Source of the DNA: Verrucomicrobiia bacterium
Lineage (GTDB): Bacteria > Verrucomicrobiota > Verrucomicrobiia > Limisphaerales > JADLHS01
Assembly: GCA_026125285.1 (NCBI GenBank)
Contig: JAHCLO010000002.1
Coordinates: forward strand, 211,115 to 275,114
Direction: 5' to 3'
DNA length: 64,000 nt
Shown: positions 46,537 through 57,100 of the stretch, in pieces
Layout of the letters: each line of letters starts with the position of its first letter
Numbering within the stretch: position 1 is the first letter of the stretch
The notes under the pieces: model-generated
The model's database searches: none
What the model was told of the DNA's origin: nothing
The model's input: the letters and a program-made list of their open reading frames with translations, nothing else
Translations under genes and position numbers: made by a program

Positions 46537-48266
46537 CCTAAAAACGGCGGTTGAAGAAGCTGGTCAAGCGCGGGGAAGGCTGATTTTGTTGGAGCATGTT
46601 ACTGCCACCGACTTCCATGCCGTCTCACCCTGCGGGTGAGCCATCACCAGACCCCCTTTCCACGTTACTACCCAGCTCTGGCGCGTTGCTGCCGGCGCGC
46701 GTTCCGTTGGACCTGCATGGCCAGCGGATTTACGTGGAATGGGATCCCCACGCTCCGGTGACGCCGCTGGGACAGTTGGTCTATTTCAGCCAGTTCCTGG
46801 CCACCGCCGGACTGTTTGGAGAGTGGGTGGCCGACTGTCCGCTCCACTACACCAGCCCCAACGCCCCGGAGCGGGCTGATGTGCTGGGCACGATTCTGCT
46901 CTCCATTCTGGCGGGCAACCGGCGTTATGCCCACGTGACGGCGCTGCGGGGCGACACCGTCAATCCCCAGGGCTTGGGCATGAGCCGGGTGATGAGCGAG
47001 GACGCGGTGCGGCGGGCCTTCCAGGACGAGCCGTCCGCACCCTTGGAACAATGGCAGCAACAACATCTGTTGCGCAGTGTCGAACCGGTGCTCCGGGAAG
47101 AATGGATTTGCGATCTGGATGTGACCATCAAGACCGTGTACGGCCGGCAGGAAGGCGGCCAGGTGGGTTACAATCCTCACAAACCCGGACGAGCGGCGCA
47201 CGCCTATCACACGTTTTTCATCTCCCGGCTGCGGTTGGCGTTGGATGTGGTGGTGGCCCCGGGCAAGGAATTTCACAGCCGGGCGGTGAGCCAAACCTTC
47301 TGGCCCTGGTGGGACAAACTGCCGGCCTCCTGCCGGCCCAAGCTGGTGCGGGCCGATTGCGGCTTTGGCAACGAGCATTTCATGCTCGACTGTGAAAGCC
47401 ACGGCCAGCCGTATCTGTTTCGCCTGCGCCAAAGCCGGGGCGGGCAGCGCCTGATTGAGCGATTGAGCCGCCAGGGGCCGTGGAACGAGTGCGGCCAGGG
47501 ATGGCAAGGCCGGGAAGATTCCTTGCGCTTGCAGGGCTGGAGCCGATCCCGGCGGGTGATCGTGTTGCGGCGGCGGGTGTCGTCCCCGGCGGTCCCGGAA
47601 CTGACCGATGGTTTGCAGCAGCCGCAGTTGATGAATGTGGAGGCCGTCGAGCCGTATGAATACACGCTTCTGGGGACCAACACCGATTGGGAGTTGGCGG
47701 GCTTGGCGCGGCTGTATCGTGAGCGGGCCGACAGCGAGAACACGATTGACGAACTCAAGCGGCAATGGGGCTGGGGCGGATTTGTGACGAAGGATTTGCT
47801 GCGCTGCCAGGTGGCGGCGCGCAACGTGGCGTTGATTTACAACTGGTGGAGTCTGTTTGTGAGGTGCGTGGAGCCGCAGCGTCCGCGGGAAGCGGTGACC
47901 AGCCGTCCGTTGATGCTCAGTGCGATCGGGCGGGAGGTGCGCCACGCGGGCCAAACGACGGTGGTGCTGACCAGCACGCATGCGGAAGCCAGCCGGGTGC
48001 AGCGACTCTTGACCGAGGTGAGTTTGTTTTTGAGCGGGCTGAGGAATACTGCGGAGCAGTTGAGTCCAGCGCGGTGCTGGGAGCGGATTTGGGAACGGAT
48101 TTTGACACCCTTCCGCATCCTGGAAGCGGCCAGCCGCACGTGGTTCGGACAATTGGCCCGGTTGCCGGCCTGACCGGGGCCGGATTTCGACCAAAAGTTC
48201 CGCCGATCCGGGTCGCAAGTCGCCCCGGACCGCTCCCGTTCTGTCACTTCAACCGCCGTTTTTAGG
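46537..48266 (+). mobile_element. IS1380-like insertion sequence (1,730 bp) inserted in spacer 61
   Basis: Perfect 20-bp terminal inverted repeats CCTAAAAACGGCGGTTGAAG (46537..46556 / 48247..48266). 5-bp target duplication ATTAT (46532..46536 / 48267..48271). Single transposase ORF. Second copy at 62557. Confidence 0.9.
46596..48173 (+). CDS. DDE transposase, IS1380-like (IS4 superfamily)
   Basis: 525 aa. ..[33 protein letters not shown].., ..[14 protein letters not shown].., ..[20 protein letters not shown].. follow the D-D-E context I recall for IS1380-type enzymes. Confidence 0.7.
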   Translation: MLLPPTSMPSHPAGEPSPDPLSTLLPSSGALLPARVPLDLHGQRIYVEWDPHAPVTPLGQLVYFSQFLATAGLFGEWVADCPLHYTSPNAPERADVLGTILLSILAGNRRYAHVTALRGDTVNPQGLGMSRVMSEDAVRRAFQDEPSAPLEQWQQQHLLRSVEPVLREEWICDLDVTIKTVYGRQEGGQVGYNPHKPGRAAHAYHTFFISRLRLALDVVVAPGKEFHSRAVSQTFWPWWDKLPASCRPKLVRADCGFGNEHFMLDCESHGQPYLFRLRQSRGGQRLIERLSRQGPWNECGQGWQGREDSLRLQGWSRSRRVIVLRRRVSSPAVPELTDGLQQPQLMNVEAVEPYEYTLLGTNTDWELAGLARLYRERADSENTIDELKRQWGWGGFVTKDLLRCQVAARNVALIYNWWSLFVRCVEPQRPREAVTSRPLMLSAIGREVRHAGQTTVVLTSTHAEASRVQRLLTEVSLFLSGLRNTAEQLSPARCWERIWERILTPFRILEAASRTWFGQLARLPA

Positions 48267-48291
48267 ATTATGTGCGCGAGGAAGTGGTGGC

Positions 48292-49417
48292 GTTCTCCCC
48301 ACCCGCGTGGGGATGGTCCGCTGCATCGGCATCTGCCCGAGCCAGATTTCAAGTTCTCCCCACCCGCGTGGGGATGGTCCGTCAAGTGCGCGGCCATCGC
48401 CCGACTTCACACGGTTCTCCCCACCCGCGTGGGGATGGTCCGAACACCGTACCTCAAAATGAGGGACAGGGGGGGTTCTCCCCACCCGCGTGGGGATGGT
48501 CCGTGTTCCACACCGCGCACCTTTCACCGCTACCTGTTCTCCCCACCCGCGTGGGGATGGTCCGCACGACACCTTGAAGGTAGAACCAGTCGCACCGTTC
48601 TCCCCACCCGCGTGGGGATGGTCCGCTTTGACGGGCAGAAGTTGCGTCTGAGAACCTGTTCTCCCCACCCGCGTGGGGATGGTCCGCGAGCTTTCGACAT
48701 TCTGCGTCTGCGGTAAAAGTTCTCCCCACCCGCGTGGGGATGGTCCGACGTAATCCAGATAATTGTTGGACCTGTATTGGTTCTCCCCACCCGCGTGGGG
48801 ATGGTCCGACTCCGGCACGGCCACCGCCGCCACCGAATGTGTTCTCCCCACCCGCGTGGGGATGGTCCGGCCCACATTTCCGTGCGCACCGCTTTCGCCT
48901 GGTTCTCCCCACCCGCGTGGGGATGGTCCGTTACACCTGGTGCGGCGCTCGCGATTCTGTTCGTTCTCCCCACCCGCGTGGGGATGGTCCGGCATGGCGG
49001 CGCTTGAAGCCATGAAACAAGACGTTCTCCCCACCCGCGTGGGGATGGTCCGTGCGGCGGGGTTGCCGGCGAATCATTGTGGACGTTCTCCCCACCCGCG
49101 TGGGGATGGTCCGCAGAAATACTGCGTGGACTGCCAGAAGCGACAGTTCTCCCCACCCGCGTGGGGATGGTCCGCTGGGATGATTAGCGACTAAACGGAG
49201 CGAGGGTTCTCCCCACCCGCGTGGGGATGGTCCGTTGTTTACAAAAAGCGCGTGAGAAAAATGCGCGTTCTCCCCACCCGCGTGGGGATGGTCCGTTTGG
49301 AACACCCCCACCGCAGGCCGCTTGCAGGTTCTCCCCACCCGCGTGGGGATGGTCCGCAGCCGAAACGCGGCACCCCAGGCGGCTGCCAGTTCTCCCCACC
49401 CGCGTGGGGATGGTTAC
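48292..49417 (+). CRISPR. type I-E CRISPR array, distal part: repeats 62-80
   Basis: 19 further repeats (48292 ... 49389). One 31-nt spacer (49175..49205). The terminal repeat is degenerate (..GATGGTTACG). Confidence 0.97.
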
Positions 49418-49450
49418 GTCAGGAGGACCGAAATGCATCGCTTACTCACC

Positions 49451-49496
49451 GCGGCAGTTGGTGGATGTTCTGAACGGTCTCTGACTCGATTACGCT
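49451..49496 (+). repeat. 46-bp direct repeat, right copy (orphan duplicate of the LOG gene 3' end)
   Basis: GCGGCAGTTGGTGGATGTTCTGAACGGTCTCTGACTCGATTACGCT. It differs from 33113..33158 only at two synonymous third-codon positions. Confidence 0.9.
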
Positions 49497-49506
49497 CCGC
49501 CGCAAA

Positions 49507-50076
49507 TCACTCTTCCTCGTCTTCGGTGAGGGTTTCCCGGCGGCCGATCGTCTCCGGGTGGGTGTCCAGATTCTGCGACAAATAAACGTGACGCAGTTCC
49601 TGGCCAAAGCCATGGCGGCGAAAGAAAGCCAGCGCGGATTCGTTGGCCTCGTCGGTGTCCACGAGGATGATGCGGGCATCGCGCCGGATGAACAGGCTGG
49701 TGAGTTGTTTGAGCAGCCGCGTGGCGATGCCATGCCGGCTGTACGCCGGGTCCACGCCCAGCCATTCCAGCCAGCCGTAACGCCACGCACTGCGGCGCTT
49801 CTCCATCAGGCTGCCGAGGGCAAATCCCACCAGTCGGTCGCCGGCCACGGCCACGAGGCAGGTTTCGGTATCCGCGCCAAAAATCTTCATGACTTCGTCT
49901 TCATCCCAGCAGCGATAAAGCGTAGGCAGTTCCTCGGCGGTGAAGAGTCTTTGCCCCAGCGCAAACACGGTCGGTAAATCCTCCAGTTGCATTTCGCGGA
50001 TTTCCACGGGCGGCGGTTCCGTGCGCCGACGACGGGTGCGGGGCCTGGGTTTGTGGTTGGAGGAACGCACTGGCAT
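49507..50076 (-). CDS. GNAT family N-acetyltransferase
   Basis: ..LVGFALGS..WLGVDPAYSRHGIATRLLKQL..ESALAFFRRHGF.. (acetyl-CoA binding motif A). Convergent with the LOG gene. Confidence 0.8.
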   Translation of the reverse strand: MPVRSSNHKPRPRTRRRRTEPPPVEIREMQLEDLPTVFALGQRLFTAEELPTLYRCWDEDEVMKIFGADTETCLVAVAGDRLVGFALGSLMEKRRSAWRYGWLEWLGVDPAYSRHGIATRLLKQLTSLFIRRDARIILVDTDEANESALAFFRRHGFGQELRHVYLSQNLDTHPETIGRRETLTEDEEE

Positions 50077-50548
50077 GGTGGGTTTTGGGAGAAGCTTGGC
50101 GGAAAGGTCCGGTCGCGGGCGCCGCCGCGTCGTCCGGGGAAATTGAACCGCTGGTCAATTCATCGTGCCCATCCGCTCCACGGGGCAAAGCGGCGCCAAG
50201 AATCCCCAGCCTCCGTCTCCTGGCGGAGGGTGCTGCGATTTGTCGAGGCCGTTGCCATGCCTAAAACGCTATCCCCGAAGGTCGCCAGATGTCAATCTTG
50301 GTGGTTTGGACGGGCGATTTCAGCGGTTGCCGTTTGAATCGAAGTGAGTTTTCCCAGTGACTTTTCCCGTCAGGAGGATTATGAACCCCTTCGCCAGCGT
50401 GATGAAGCCACTACCGGTTCAGTGCAACTTGGACGCCGAGCCCTCCCGGCAGATGGGGCGCTTTTCCAGTCAACCAGCCGAGGCCACGACAAGCTGCATC
50501 CCCTCCGTACCCCCAAGCACTCAAAAGGTCAACCCACCTGAAGATCAA

Positions 50549-50970
50549 ATGAATTCTTCTCACCTCCACGATCGGCTGCGGCTCGATTCGCGGCGTCTTC
50601 CTGTCTCACTGTGTGCTGCCCTGGCATTTGCCATGTGTCTCTGCCTGGTAACGTGTCCTGACACTCGAGTGTGATCCAGGTAGAGGTGCGGGATGACGGC
50701 GTGCCGGTCCTGCACGATCTGCGAGTCTTTCAGGTGATTGTGAACCCGCTTGAACCCGTCTGGTTGATGCCCTTGACGTTCTCGAACGCTTCGTTCCAGT
50801 TTCGAGTCAGTGGCAGCTTTGGCCCGGACTATGTGGTGATGGTTAGTTCAAATCTGATCCACTGGAGCGATCTGTTCACGAACCTGTCACCAGTCACACC
50901 CTTCTTGTTCAACGATGCCGCTGCCGCGTCATTCACGAACCGGCTTTACCGGGTGAGGTTGACTCCCTGA
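50549..50970 (+). pseudogene. collapsed remnant of a large adhesin-like gene (signal peptide fragment + out-of-frame C-terminal ~100 aa)
   Basis: 50549..50674 encodes MNSSHLHDRLRLDSRRLPVSLCAALAFAMCLCLVTC.. followed by a stop. Another frame (open from 50662) encodes ..VEVRDDGVPVLHDLRVFQVIVNPLEP.. plus a C-terminal domain ending ..NRLYRVRLTP, typical of adhesin C-termini. Confidence 0.35.
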
Positions 50971-51175
50971 GCAAGCGGGGAGTTCACCGCGCCAGTGGGT
51001 GAGCAGCTCGCGTCCAAAGCTGCCCGCGCTCCGCCGAGTTCGCACCGCGCGCCTCACAATTCCTTTACAAACCTTTTACAGTCGCATGGCAACCTCCGCA
51101 GGCGCTGGTGTTAGACCTCTCCGCATGAGGCGCAACTCGGACACAACGCGCGGTTCAATCAAACCTGGAGGTCTT

Positions 51176-54100
51176 ATGAAATCACTCTTCTACCAGATGG
51201 CCATGCTCACTGCGGCGGTGATGACGCTCGCGGAGCCCGCACCGGCGGAAATGACCCGAACAGCCATGCCCGAGGCCGTGCTGTCGTTGCGGGAAGTGCG
51301 TTATGACGGAAACCTGACGGATGACGAGGCCCGCTTCGTCGTGGAACTCGAGGCCGAGGCGATTGGCAAAGGTGAAAGCTCAGTGCCATTGTTCGAAGGC
51401 GAAGTGGCGTTGCTGCCGCCGAAATTGTCCGACCAGTTGAGGATCGTTCGTGAAGGCAATCGCTACCGGCTGGTTGCCACCCGTCCGGGCAGATTCAAAT
51501 TCAAACTCGAGTTGGTCGCCCGGATTCAGCGGGCCGAACCGTGGAATCAGGTTTCGTTCACCGGCCCGTCCGCGGCCATTGCGTCCATCAGCGCCCAAGC
51601 GAGCGGCGCGGGAATGGAGGTCCAGCTTCTCAGCGGTACGGTGCTGGAATCCCTCCAGACCAACGGCGTGTCGCGGGTGAAGGGTTTTTTGGGGGCGTCG
51701 CCGACCGTGGCGTTGCGCTGGCAGGGCAAGATCGAGGAGGTGGCGCGCCAGGCGCTGATCACAGCGGATACCACGATCACGGCGCAAGTTACTCCCACCG
51801 TGATCAAATACACCACGCACGTCCGCTACGATCTTTTGCAGGGCAACGTGCCCCGGCTCACGCTCGCGTTGCCCGCCGCCCAGGCGTTGACCCGACTGGT
51901 CGGGGAGCAAATCCGGGATTGGCAACTCAAGCCCGAGGGCGACCGGCAGCTCCTGACCGTTGAGTTCATCAAGCCGGTGGAGAAGCATTACTCGTTGACC
52001 CTCCACTCGGAACAAACGGTCGAAGACCTGCCCGCGAGCGCGTCGCTGCAGCCGCCGCAACCGCTGGAGGTCGAGCGCGAATCCGGCGGCTTAACGGTCA
52101 CCACCGAAGATACGCTGGTGGAACTGGAAGCGCTCTCCGGCTTGCGGCAGGTCAATGCCTCCGGCGGTGCGCTGGCGGCGTATCGCTTCAATGGCCGTCC
52201 GTTTGCCTTGCACCTGAAACTCCGGCGCATCGAACCGGTCGTCAGCGCCGCCGACCGGGTGAGTGCGCGCCTCGAAGAAACGCGATTGTTGGTGATGCAT
52301 CAGCTTACGCTCAACATTGAAAAAGCCGGCGTTTACTCGACCGAACTTCTGCTGCCGGCGGGCTTCGTCGTGGCGGGCGTGCGCGGGGATGGCATCGAAG
52401 ATTGGAAGGGCAGCGAGGGAAGACTGCGGGTGAATTTCTCCGCGCGTGCGCTCGGCGTCCGCGTCCTGGAAGTGCAACTGGAACAACCGCACAAACAATT
52501 TCCAAACCAGATCGCGCTGGCCGCTCTGCGGGTGCGGGGCGCGGCAAAGGAAGCGGCGCAAATCGGCGCGGCATCCGCTCCAGGCATCCAACTGAAAACC
52601 GCGGAACTAAACGGTCTGCGCGAGATGCCGGTGAACCGCCTGGCGCAGCGCACCGATGAATTGCTCGCCTTCCACGCGGACCGACCGGACTGGGAGTTGG
52701 CGCTGACGAGTGAACGCCTCACTGCCCGAGTCGTGGCCGATGTGTTCAACCTGGTGACCATTGGCAACGGACTGGTTGGCGGCAGCGCCACGATTCGCTA
52801 TGGGCTGCTCAACCAGGGGGTGCAGGAGTTTCAGGTGAAGCTTCCGGCGCATTGCCGGAACGTCGAGTTCACCGGACCGAACATCCGGCGCAAGGAACTG
52901 GCCGGCGAGGTCTGGACCATTGGATTGCAGGAAAAGGCCTGGGGCGGTTACACGCTGGTGGTCACCTACGATTATCAGTTTGATCCGCAGGGCGCGACGC
53001 TGCCGGTCGCCGGGATTCACGCGCTCAACGTCGAACGCGAAACCGGCTCGGTAGCCCTCACGGCGGCGGCCAGTCTCAAGCTCACTCCTTCGCCCGTGGG
53101 CGACCCGCTGCGCGTCGTGGATGAATTCGATCTCGCCGCGGCGGACCGGGCATTGATCACACGTTCCGTACTGCTCGCGTACCAATACAGTGGCGACGCA
53201 TACGAGTTGAGCGTCAACGTGCAGCGCCACAAGGAGGAGCCGGTGGTCGCTGCCGTCGCCGACCGCACGCAGATCACCTCGGTGCTCACGGAGACGGGGC
53301 AGTTGCTCACCCAGGCCTCCTTTATGGTGAAGAACAACGAGAAGCAGTTTCAGAAATTCCAACTGCCGGCGGACGCGGACTTGTGGGGCTGCTACGTGAA
53401 CGGGGAAACGGCCAAGCCCGAACGTGACGGCGACTGGGTGCTGGTGCCGCTTCCGCGCGATGCGAATCGCGACCAGGCATTCGCCGTGGACATCGTTTAT
53501 GCCGAAACCACGACGGCGATGAAGTCGCGCTGGTCGCAGCCGCTGCAACTGGCCGCGCCCAAAACCGACGTGCCGAACACCTACGCCGAGTGGCAGCTCT
53601 ACGCCCCGGCGTCCCTCCGGCTCTCCGGCTTCGGCGGCAGCATGAGGGTGGCGCAGGGTACCACCTACGACATGTTGGATGCGTGGCGGAAATTCCTCTC
53701 CTTCTATGGCCAGGTGCTGCGCGAAGCCGGTGCGGCCATCTTCGTCATCGGCACGCTGGCGTTCCTGGTCATTGCGCTGGTGGTATCGGCGGTGCGGCGC
53801 GGTTGGAGCGGTGTCATCACGGTGCTGGCCGTGGTCACGATGCTCGCGGTGCTGGCGGGCATGATGTTGCCCGCACTCGCCAAGGCCAAGGCGCGAGCCC
53901 AACGTATCAGCAGCACCAACAATTTGAAACAGATCGGGTTGGCGGCACGACAGTTCGCCTTGGACAACAACGAGCGCTTTCCCGCGTCGTTCGAGGAGAT
54001 GATGAACGAGTTGAACACGGACAAGATCACCTACGATCCCGAGTCCGGCCAGCGTTACATCTATCTGGGGGCCGGCCACTCGGAATCCAGCCTCAGCCCC

Positions 54101-57100
54101 GACTCGGTGCTCGCCTACTCGCCGATCATCAACAACTCCTGCTCCGTGCTCTTTGCCGACGGCAGCGTGCAAACGATGAGCGCGGCGAAGTTCGGCGAAC
54201 TGGCGCAACGCGGCCTGGTGAAAATGATGACGGCGCAGCAGGTCGCGCAGCACCAGCAGCAGACGGCGGTCATGAGCGCGCAACTCCAGCCGCCGCCCGC
54301 CGCGCCCGCGCCCGCGGCTGGCCGGCGCTCCATTCGCATTGAAGTGCCGCGCACGGGCCAACCCGTGGTGTTCACGAAAGTGTTGAACGTGCGCGACGAA
54401 CCGCTCGCCCTTCAGGCGAAGCTGATGCCGCTGCACACCTTTCAGACCGTGCAAATGGCGTGGCAGGTGGCGGCATTTGTCGCGGGCCTCCTGGTCTGGC
54501 ACTGGCAATGGCGGCGGGAGCGCCGCAACAGCTTCATCCTCACCCTCGCTCTCGTGCTGGTGTTGGTATCCGTGTGCAGCCTCCTGATCGCTTGGCGCGC
54601 GTTGCACGACGCGCTCATCGTTGGCTTTCCGGCCGCCTTGGTCGCGGCGATTGCCTTCTTGGTCTGGAAGTACTGGCCACGCGAAAAGGCGGACGACTCG
54701 CTTCCGCCGCTTGCGCAGCCCGGTCCAAGCCTGCCACCGGTCACGGCGGGAATTGCCCTGTGGCTCACGTTGGGTCTGGGCAGTGCCTTCGCAAGCAACG
54801 GTGTCAGCATCGCCAGTTCAACTCCGCTCGACTCCGTTGCGGTGCGTTCCGCCAGTTACACCGGCACGGTGAACGACCGCGTGGCGTTGCTGGAAGCCAC
54901 GCTCCAACTTTCCGCCGCGCGGCCCAATCAAACGATCACCCTCTTCGGCGATGACGTGGCGGTGCAACAGTTCACCGTCAAAAGTGGCGACGCCCGCCTC
55001 GCGCGCGAGGGACGCAATATCGCGGTCCAGCTTGGGAAACGAGCGCAGGCCACCGTGCAGTTCCGATTGCTGGTGAAAACCGGCGGTGATGTCACGAAGC
55101 GACATTTGACGTTCGCCATTCCGGAGGCTTTGTCCAGTCAAGTGGCGTTCACGCTGGATCAACCGGAGGCGGACGTGGATTTTCCCACCGCCATTTCGTT
55201 CAAGCGCTCCATGGAGCCGCACCAGACGCGGGTCGAGGCCGTGATGGGTTCGGCCGCCAAAGTCGAATTGCGCTGGACGCCACGGGTCAAGCGCGCCGCG
55301 GAAGTGGCTGCCACGGTCTTTTGCCAGAACACGACGCTGGTGTCCTTCCGCGGCGGGGTGGTGAACGTGCAAGCCGCCCTGGATTACCAGATCACGCAAG
55401 GCGAACTGCGCGAGGCGCGCGTGCGCCTGCCCAACGGCCAGCGCCTGCTGCGGGTGGAAGCGAATGGCCTGCGCACCTGGGAAATCAGAGCCGACCCCGA
55501 AGGCCAGCTGCTCGTGGTGGAACTGCTCAAAGGCGTTCCGCAGAACTGGCGGCTTAACCTGGAGCTGGAAAAACCCCTGGAAACCATGCCGGCCACATTG
55601 ACGGTGGACCTGCCACACGCGCAGAACGTGAAGCGCGAAACCGGCATGATCGCCTTGCGGGGAGCGGAGGAACTGGGTCTGGTGGTGGAATCTGCGCAAG
55701 GCCTGCAACGCGTGGACGTGGAGGAATTTCTGCGCGCAAGCGCGCTCCCGGCCGACGGCCTGGTCAGTGCGTTTCGTTTTCTCAAAACCGACTTTGGCTT
55801 GCGGGCGCGCATCGAGGCCGTCCAACCGCAGATCGAAGCCGTGACGTATCAGCATCTGCGCCTGGGCGCCGATCACGCGAACCTGACCGCCGTGATTGAT
55901 TACACGATCAAACGCGCGGGCGTGTTCGCTCTCAAGCTGACCGTGCCCGCGGACTACCGGGTCGAAAACGTGACCGGCAGCAACGTGCTGCAATGGGCCC
56001 GGTCCAAGGACAACGCTGCTTTGCTCGAGATCACGTTGCAGGAGCGCACCCTCGGGAGCTACGTGTTGCGGCTCGAACTGGCGCGCAATTTCGGCGCCTT
56101 GCCCGAATCGTTCATGGTTGCCGGCGCGCATCCATTGGACACAGTCAAGCTCACCGGGTTCCTCGCGGTGTCCGCCGAGCCGGGCGTGGCGGTGAAAACC
56201 GAGTCGTTCGACGGCGTGACGGAAATACCGGCGACGGCGCTGCCGGATTACGCGCGCTGGAGCGGCGCGCCGCCAGGAGGCGTGCTGGCGTACAAGTTCA
56301 TCACGCCGGAACCGCGGGCGTTGCCCGAGTGGCAGTTGAACCTCGCCACCGAGCCGGTGGCCGCCTGGGTGCGCGCCGAAATTGTCAACACCGTCACGCT
56401 GACCGAATCGTTGATCAGCGGGCGTACGCTGGTGCGTTACGACATCGCCAACGCGCCAGTCAAGCAACTGCGGCTGCGAGTTCCTGCCGCATACCGCAAC
56501 GCGGAAATCACCGGAGCAAACATCCGTCGGCGCGATCAGGAGGGCGAACTCTGGCGCCTGGAACTGCAAAGCCCGGTTCGTGGCGCGTACACCCTCACGG
56601 TCACGTGGGAACAACCGCGCATGACCAGGACAAATCTGATCGAGCTGGCCGGCGTTGCGGCGGACGGCGTGGAGAGGGAGACAGGTTTGCTCGCCATCCT
56701 CGCGCAACCACCGTTGCAGGTCACCGAAATCAGCGCGCAGGATTTGACCCGGGTGGACACGCGGGAGTTTCCCGAATGGGCGGGCCAGGCCGATGAGTCC
56801 ACGGTGCTCGCGTATCGTTACGTGCGGCCGGGTTATCAACTTGCGCTCGAGGCTCGACGTTTTGCCGAGGCGGGAGTTTTGCAGGCGCTCGTGGACAGCG
56901 CCCGGCTGACCACCGTGGTGGCCGAGGATGGTCAGATGATGACGGAGATGTCGCTGGCCGTGCGCAACAAGGGACGACAGTTCCTGGAAGTTGAACTGCC
57001 GCCCGGTGCGACGGTGTGGTCGGCCTTCGTGGCGGGCCAGCCCGTCCGGCCCAGTCGGCGCGACGGCAAACTGCTGCTCCCGCTCGAACCGTCGGGACCG

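Noticed and set aside
33159-49450. I looked for an integrase/recombinase or a tRNA/tmRNA target that would explain the 46-bp direct repeats.
   Set aside because: None is visible. The only recombinase-like gene is the IS transposase, which has its own ends. The island interpretation therefore rests on the repeats and synteny logic alone.
42829-49585. Dozens of ORFs on both strands with recurring peptides such as [27 protein letters not shown] and PSPRGWGE.
   Set aside because: They are translations of the 29-nt CRISPR repeat in different frames at a 61-nt period. The 'variable' parts are spacers. They are not genes.
50077-50548. Small ORFs (49987..50337, 50165..50347, 50344..50541) between the GNAT gene and the adhesin remnant.
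   Set aside because: They have no motifs, overlap each other and have atypical composition. I treated the region as intergenic or decayed sequence.
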